From the NCBI RefSeq assembly GCF_017876815.1, contig NZ_JAGIOS010000003.1, forward strand, positions 1,230,001 to 1,262,000: DNA of 32,000 nucleotides. Direction: 5' to 3'. Below are positions 27,599 through 32,000 of this stretch, piece by piece. The position numbers were made by a program, and so were the translations under genes. Numbering within the stretch: position 1 is the stretch's first letter; each line of letters opens with the position of its first letter. Below the pieces are notes generated by a model. It was not told the DNA's origin. It saw nothing but the letters and a program-made list of their open reading frames with translations, and ran no database searches. Source of the stretch: Sinorhizobium meliloti. Its GTDB lineage: Bacteria; Pseudomonadota; Alphaproteobacteria; Rhizobiales; Rhizobiaceae.

Positions 27599-28531
27599 AT
27601 GAGAAAGCTGCCGCCACTTGGCGCATTGCGCGTCTTCGAGGCTGCTGCCCGCCGGCTGAGCTTCAAGGACGCTGCCGAGGAACTCAACGTTTCCGCGACC
27701 GCCGTCAGCCACCAGATCCGCCAGCTGGAGGAGATGCTGAACGTCAAGCTCTTCGAGCGCGCAACGCGGCAGGTGCATCTGACCGCCGCGGGAAAGACGC
27801 TGTTTCCAGTGCTGCGCGAGGGCTTGGATCGCTTCGAACAGGCGATCGCAGACGTGCACCGCCAGCAGGCAGGGCAGGTGGCGCGGCTCACTTCCACCGT
27901 CGCGTTCGTAGCGAAGCGGCTGGCGCCGCTCGCGGGTTCGTTTCGCGAGATGTATCCCGATTGGACGTTGCGACTCGACGCCTCTAACCGGGCCGTCGAT
28001 CTGGAGGCAGATGCGGACGCCGCCATCCGTTTCGGTGGTGGGAACTATCCGGGCCTCGTCACGGAGCCGCTTTTTGCGGATCGCTTTGCGCCGGTCTGCG
28101 CGCCGAGCCTCGCTCAGACCAGCGCTGCTGATCTCCGGCTTGCGACGCTCATCCATTTCGATTGGGGTCCGGCACGGCGTGACGATCCGCGCGCACCTGT
28201 GTGGCGGCAATGGCTGGCACGGGCCGGCGTCGAGGACATTGACGCGAGTGCGGGTATTTCCTTCACCGACGAGATCCATGCGGTCCAGGCCGTGGTGGCC
28301 GGGCAAGGGATCGGGCTGCTGAGCCTTACGCTGGTGGCGGAGGAGCTTGCCTCCGGCATCCTCGTCCAACCATTCGAGTTATCGCTTGAAGGCGACCGCT
28401 ACGATCTCGTCTACAGCCCGCGCATGGCGGACCGGCCTGCGACGCGCGTGCTGCGCGACTGGGTGATCGCGCAGTTCGGCGGCACGGTCCATCAACTCGG
28501 CCCACGGCCAGCTTCGCAGCCTCGCGCTTAG
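27599..28531 (+). CDS. LysR-family transcriptional regulator (GcvA-like)
   Basis: MRKLPPLGALRVFEAAARRLSFKDAAEELNVSATAVSHQIRQLEE.. ATG 27599 is preferred over 27584 because of the upstream GGGGAAG and agreement with the family N-terminus. Confidence 0.86.
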   Translation: MRKLPPLGALRVFEAAARRLSFKDAAEELNVSATAVSHQIRQLEEMLNVKLFERATRQVHLTAAGKTLFPVLREGLDRFEQAIADVHRQQAGQVARLTSTVAFVAKRLAPLAGSFREMYPDWTLRLDASNRAVDLEADADAAIRFGGGNYPGLVTEPLFADRFAPVCAPSLAQTSAADLRLATLIHFDWGPARRDDPRAPVWRQWLARAGVEDIDASAGISFTDEIHAVQAVVAGQGIGLLSLTLVAEELASGILVQPFELSLEGDRYDLVYSPRMADRPATRVLRDWVIAQFGGTVHQLGPRPASQPRA

Positions 28532-28562
28532 AGTAGAGCGTTGAAGCTACGCCCATCCGCAC

Positions 28563-28596
28563 GGAAAACCGTTTCGCCCTTTCCTGGAAGTGCTCT
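28563..28596 (+). repeat. Copy 4 of the dispersed intergenic motif (opposite orientation)
   Basis: ggaaaaccgtttcgccctttcctggaagtgctct. Its reverse complement is agagcacttccaggaaagggcgaaacggttttcc. Confidence 0.35.
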
Positions 28597-28661
28597 AACG
28601 GACCTCAGGCATCGTGACCGGCATGCCAGCCGACAGCGCCTGTATCGTAGTTCGCTGCCAG

Positions 28662-29493
28662 TCAGATCAGCAACCGTGCCGCTCGTCCTTGCTTGCGTTC
28701 CGCATTGTTGTAATAGGTCGCCGCCTGCATCACTGACTTATGCAGTGACTGCTGCATCGCTTCACGCCGCGGTTTGCCGCCCCGGTCAGATAGCCGGATC
28801 TTAGGCCATGAGCCGGCCGGGTCGCCAAGTACAGGATCGTCGTCAACGAGGTTATCTACACGCAATCCTGCAACTTCGGACCGAGGCCGCCCGCCAGAAG
28901 CAAACGCGGTCAAAAACAGCGCGCGATGACGCACGTCAACCAGCCGATCGCTGGCACAGGCTTCGAGAAGTTTTGCGAGTACGTCGCCGGTGACTGCCTT
29001 CCGGCTCTTGCGCTGCCGTGGTCGAGCGCTGGCGAGGACGGCAAGCCGCAGGGCGGATTCCAGCGACGGCGCGCCGAAAGCGCCGGTCAGGCCGCGCCAG
29101 CGGGTGAGGATCGACCAGGTGGTCAGCCGGCGGCGCACCGTCCCCGGTGCGTGCGGGCGCAGGGCACGCAATCCAGCCGCGGACCTCCGCCGGCATGCCG
29201 TGGGTAAGGTCCTCCTTGCGCTTAACCGGATGCCACAGGTGATGGGCAACGAATTCCGGGGGCAGCGATTCCGGCGCAGGCCCGGGGAGGGCGCTCCCGT
29301 TGCGAGCCGGCACCAGGCCTGGATAGCCGAGCTCCGTGAGCGTATTTTCGCCCATGCCCTCACTGGCGAGGTGCTTGAGGGTCGCCAGGTCGTCGTCGGT
29401 CAGCAGCGCGGCGAGCTGGTCGCGCCGGTCGAACGGCAGTATGGCGTCGAGCGGCGCGCCGCGGCTGGCAATGGCTGTCGATGGCACGATCAT
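28662..29493 (-). pseudogene. Decayed tyrosine recombinase / phage-type integrase
   Basis: The N-terminal part (MIVPSTAIASRGAPLDAILPFDRRDQLAALLTDDDLATLKHLASEGMGENTL..HHLWHPVKRKEDLTHGMPAEV) and the middle/C-terminal part (..HAPGTVRRRLTTWSILTRWRGLTG..ALFLTAFASGGRPRSEVAGLRV.. and ..QQSLHKSVMQAATYYNNAERK..) are in different frames. The segment between the ..DPAGSWP region and the GLRSGYL box is missing. A further ~12-nt deletion lies near 28760. Confidence 0.75.
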
Positions 29494-29591
29494 CGCGGCA
29501 GCCCGTCTTCGTCATAGAGATCATCGTGCGCCGACGTCATATCATGTTCCCGGCCCGGCTTTGCTTCCGCAGCGCGCAAATGGCGTCAGTC

Positions 29592-29632
29592 TTGCCAGAT
29601 GCCTCACGTGCGACTATATTTCGCCTCAAGTG
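29592..29632 (+). promoter_or_regulatory. Candidate sigma70-type promoter and operator repeats of the Xre/RES operon
   Basis: TTGCCA (29592-29597), 17-nt spacer, TATATT (29615-29620). Direct repeats GCCTCACGTG (29601-29610) and GCCTCAAGTG (29623-29632) flank the -10. GGAGA SD lies 8 nt before ATG 29648. Confidence 0.4.
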
Positions 29633-29647
29633 AGCGGAGATCAACAA

Positions 29648-30079
29648 ATGTTAGCTTTTGAGAATGTTGCCGATGTCTTGGGTTTGCCGGCGAAGGAAGC
29701 GGCGGCCCGCTCTCCGCTCGGACTGATTACGCGCATAGAGGGAGGGTTGCCCGTCGCGGCATTGGAGCGCGTGGTCCACCTTCTGGCTCCCAATGACAGC
29801 CAGTTCAAGTATCGCTTGGTGCCGAAGGCGACCTATGAACGCCGAAAGGCGACGCTTCGGCTCTCACCGGACGAGGGGATGCGCGTCGCGCGTGTCGCCC
29901 GTGTCTGGAATCTGGCGCTGGATGTTTGGCAAAGCGAGGAGGAGGCCCGTGATTTCCTGTTTCGGCCTCACCCCATGCTTGAGGACAAACGTCCGATTGA
30001 TGTGGTCATTCAGAGTGAGATCGGCGGCGAACTCGTCCTGGAAACCCTCGCAAGCCTGAAGTACGGCAGTGCTGCGTGA
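29648..30079 (+). CDS. Xre/MbcA/ParS-type antitoxin (DUF2384 toxin-binding domain)
   Basis: Internal ATG of ORF 29336..30079, giving 143 aa. C-terminus ..EEARDFLFRPHPMLEDKRPIDVVIQSEIGGELVLETLASLKYG is typical of RES-partner antitoxins. Its stop overlaps the toxin start. Confidence 0.82.
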   Translation: MLAFENVADVLGLPAKEAAARSPLGLITRIEGGLPVAALERVVHLLAPNDSQFKYRLVPKATYERRKATLRLSPDEGMRVARVARVWNLALDVWQSEEEARDFLFRPHPMLEDKRPIDVVIQSEIGGELVLETLASLKYGSAA

Positions 30080-30558
30080 GCGCCCAGATTCTTGATCGGA
30101 CGCTGTCGGCGTTTCGAATAGGCGACCCGAAAGGGACCTATCCCATATTCGACGCAACCGGCTCAACCATAGCCCCGGGGCGCTGGAACACGCCGGCAGG
30201 TCCGATCATCTACAGCAGCGAGCACTATTCAACGGCGGTGCTCGAAAAGCTGGTGCATGGCAGCGGCCGATTGCCGCCAAACCAGCACTACGTTGAAATC
30301 ACAATACCGCGCGGCTTTACCTATGAGGTCTTTTCGCCGCCGGACATCCCAGGCTGGGATACGATGCCGCCAACAGTGAGCAGGGGATTTGGCGAGCAAT
30401 GGTGTCTCGAAAGGAGGAGCGCAATCTTGCTGGTCCCCAGCGTTGTCGCCCGGCTCGACCAGATTATTTTGATAAATCCAGCTCATCATGAGTTCCCTGA
30501 AATACAGGTCAGCCTGCATCAGCCGGTTTACTGGGATCGGCGCCTCTTCGGATCGTAA
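30076..30558 (+). CDS. RES-domain toxin (MbcT/ParT-type NAD+-targeting toxin family)
   Basis: 160 aa with a GTG start in a GTGA overlap with the antitoxin stop. RES-domain hallmarks ..PGRWNTPAGPIIYSSEHYSTAVLE.. Confidence 0.88.
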   Translation: MSAQILDRTLSAFRIGDPKGTYPIFDATGSTIAPGRWNTPAGPIIYSSEHYSTAVLEKLVHGSGRLPPNQHYVEITIPRGFTYEVFSPPDIPGWDTMPPTVSRGFGEQWCLERRSAILLVPSVVARLDQIILINPAHHEFPEIQVSLHQPVYWDRRLFGS

Positions 30559-30751
30559 CTGTGCGGGTCACCGCGCCTGCTCGGCTCAGATGATCATACT
30601 GGCCGCTCTGCCCTGGTTACGGTCGGCGTCATCGTCTTTGTTCGCCACCTGCGTGGCAGGCTTTGCTTTTATCGTTTCCGCAGGAGGTCTAGCGCGATTT
30701 TGCCACTCTCATTGATCAATTTCCCAATGAGGAATTCCAAGGAGGAGGGAT

Positions 30752-31090
30752 CGTGGAAGTCAGCGCCAGTGACAGTGAGCTCGTTGCGGTGATGAGACAG
30801 TATTTGTCGCCAAAGCCGAGCTGGAGAGCTTGAAAGCACAACTGGACGCGGCACGACAGAGCCGGCGAGGCGATCGCGTACTCCACGCTTCTCGTTAGAA
30901 CGCTGAGCACGCCGCCGACCTGCAGCGCTCGCATCGCCTCAAGAGAGAGAGGGCGTCGCTGATGCAGCGTGCTGAAGTCTGGGGCAGGGCAGCATCGGGT
31001 GCTGACGAGCACGATAGATGGGACGCGGAAGCGGAGTCGGAAGAATTGCGGTCGTTTGAGAAGCGGACCGATGCTCTCTTCCGTACTTAG
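30752..31090 (+). pseudogene. Possible remnant of a coiled-coil protein gene (frameshift plus in-frame TAG)
   Basis: AAGGAGG SD, 7-nt gap, then GTG 30752 (VEVSASDSELVAVMRQY..). An adjacent frame reads VFVAKAELESLKAQLDAARQSRRGDRVLHASR-TAG(30896)-NAEHAADLQRSHRLKRERASLMQRAEVWG..EELRSFEKRTDALFRT*. GC3 is moderately biased. No family recognised. Confidence 0.2.
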
Positions 31091-31096
31091 TCACGC

Positions 31097-31317
31097 TTAG
31101 ACGATCAGCCGGGCCGCTCGTCCATTCTTCGCTCCGCGTTGTTGTAGTAGCTCGCCACTTGGGTCACCGATTTGTGCAGTGACTGCTGCCTCGCTTCCGG
31201 CAGGGAAACACCGCGGTTTGCCGCCTCCGTCAGATAACCGGATCTCAGGCCTTGTCCCGAAAACAGCGCCGGATCGAGGCCGCCTGTTTGCAGCGGGCTT
31301 TCAGGACCAGGTTGCGC
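31097..31317 (-). pseudogene. Second, shorter integrase 3' fragment (same family as 28662-29493)
   Basis: Reverse-strand reading, needing at least 2 frame changes: NLVLKARCKQA/LDPALFSGQGLRSGYLTEAANRGVSLPEARQQSLHKSVTQVASYYNNAERR/NGRAARLIV*. About three-quarters identical by eye to 28662-28805. The box II His is replaced (GQGLR). Confidence 0.6.
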
Positions 31318-31339
31318 CCTGCCGGATCATCTCGTCAGA

Positions 31340-31368
31340 TTGACAAACGTGCTACTGAGTAGCAAATT
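31340..31368 (+). promoter_or_regulatory. Candidate parDE promoter with an embedded operator palindrome
   Basis: TTGACA (31340-31345), 17-nt spacer, CAAATT (31363-31368). The perfect palindrome GCTACTgAGTAGC (31351-31363) lies in the spacer. AAGGAG SD is 8 nt before ATG 31390. Confidence 0.4.
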
Positions 31369-31389
31369 AGGCTCAAAGGAGTTAAACCG

Positions 31390-31665
31390 ATGAGTGTCAA
31401 ATCGTCGATTTCGCTGACCGACCAGCAGGATGCGTTTGCCCGTTCGCTGGTGGAGAGCGGCCGGTATTCCAGCATGAGTTCCGTTCTTCAGCAGGGCCTA
31501 GAACTGCTTCGCCAAAAGACGGAAACTGAGACCGTCGAAACGGCAGCGCTTGGCGAATTGGTCCAGCGGCGATTGAACGGACCAATGATTTCTGCGACGG
31601 AAATGGAAAGCCGCGTCGCGGCAATGATTGAGCGGAAGCGACGGGTTGTTCGTGTGGACTCTTGA
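31390..31665 (+). CDS. parD: ParD-family (ribbon-helix-helix) antitoxin
   Basis: 91 aa: MSVKSSISLTDQQDAFARSLVESGRYSSMSSVLQQGLELLRQK.., matching the ParD/COG3609 pattern. Overlaps the downstream toxin gene. Confidence 0.85.
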   Translation: MSVKSSISLTDQQDAFARSLVESGRYSSMSSVLQQGLELLRQKTETETVETAALGELVQRRLNGPMISATEMESRVAAMIERKRRVVRVDS

Positions 31666-31996
31666 ATATTCTGAGGATGCCGAACGCGATTTCGAGTTGA
31701 TCTTCGATCATCTGTTTGACGCCTATGTCGAACTCGGGGACTCGCCTGACGAGGCTGTGGAGCGCACAGCTGAACGGATCCGCAAATTGCGTGTCGAAAT
31801 CGATCGTCTAGTCGATACGCCCTATATCGGGACTCTGCGGCCTGATATTCATTCCGGAATCCGGTTTCTTCGGCGGGACAAGGCGGCTATTTGGTTTCTA
31901 CGGGCAGAACATAGCCGCACAATCATTGTCGCGGCAATTTTCTACGGCGCGCAGGACCACATCAGAAATATGCTCGCACGTATGCTTGCGGGATAA
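31652..31996 (+). CDS. parE: ParE/RelE-superfamily toxin
   Basis: ORF 31628..31996. GTG 31652 (VWTLEYSEDAERDFELIFDHL..) is preferred, with TTG 31628 and 31646 as alternatives. ParE-like C-terminus ..IWFLRAEHSRTIIVAAIFYGAQD.. Overlaps the parD end by 14 nt. Confidence 0.85.
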   Translation: MWTLEYSEDAERDFELIFDHLFDAYVELGDSPDEAVERTAERIRKLRVEIDRLVDTPYIGTLRPDIHSGIRFLRRDKAAIWFLRAEHSRTIIVAAIFYGAQDHIRNMLARMLAG

Positions 31997-32000
31997 GGTC

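Noticed and set aside
28532-28661. A tRNA or tmRNA attachment site next to the integrase pseudogene.
   Set aside because: No cloverleaf-compatible sequence (no GTTCRANNC T-loop with matching acceptor stems) was found by eye. The region instead contains copy 4 of the dispersed motif. This should still be confirmed with tRNAscan-SE/ARAGORN.
30669-31012. Minus-strand ORFs 30669..30854 (61 aa) and 30716..31012 (98 aa) as real genes.
   Set aside because: They overlap each other, have weak codon bias and show no motifs. The plus strand shows a better, though broken, coding signal.

Overview
High-GC segment that looks alphaproteobacterial (Rhizobiales-like, inferred from gene content and codon style; no search was possible). 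There are no rRNA or tRNA genes and no CRISPR array. Left to right: (1) a complete kdpABC-kdpDE high-affinity K+ uptake locus (21-7754, +). (2) On the minus strand, a minimal K+-channel-like protein and a UvrD/Rep-type helicase, then a frameshifted orphan ParD-like antitoxin on the plus strand. (3) GST, an AadA-like aminoglycoside nucleotidyltransferase and a fused Gfo/Idh/MocA + aldo-keto reductase protein, with a divergent ROK regulator. (4) A membrane GGDEF cyclase. (5) A translationally coupled pair: a secreted Pro/Ala/Cys-repeat protein and a His/Cys-motif protein that carries a 1-nt frameshift. (6) A minus-strand cell-wall gene string (class A PBP, class B PBP, 98-aa ORF, secreted SH3b protein) divergent from a GcvA/AmpR-type LysR regulator. 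(7) A LysR regulator with a RidA and Old-Yellow-Enzyme operon. (8) A lower-GC decayed mobile island (28.6-32 kb) holding two degenerate copies of one tyrosine-integrase family, an Xre(DUF2384)/RES toxin-antitoxin pair, a decayed coiled-coil gene and a ParDE pair. Best candidates for something undescribed: the LysR-linked accessory PBP/SH3b module, the Pro/Cys-repeat plus His-motif gene pair, and more speculatively the helicase/mini-channel neighbourhood. A ~30-nt motif recurs in four intergenic regions. All homology statements come from motif recognition by eye, not from database searches.
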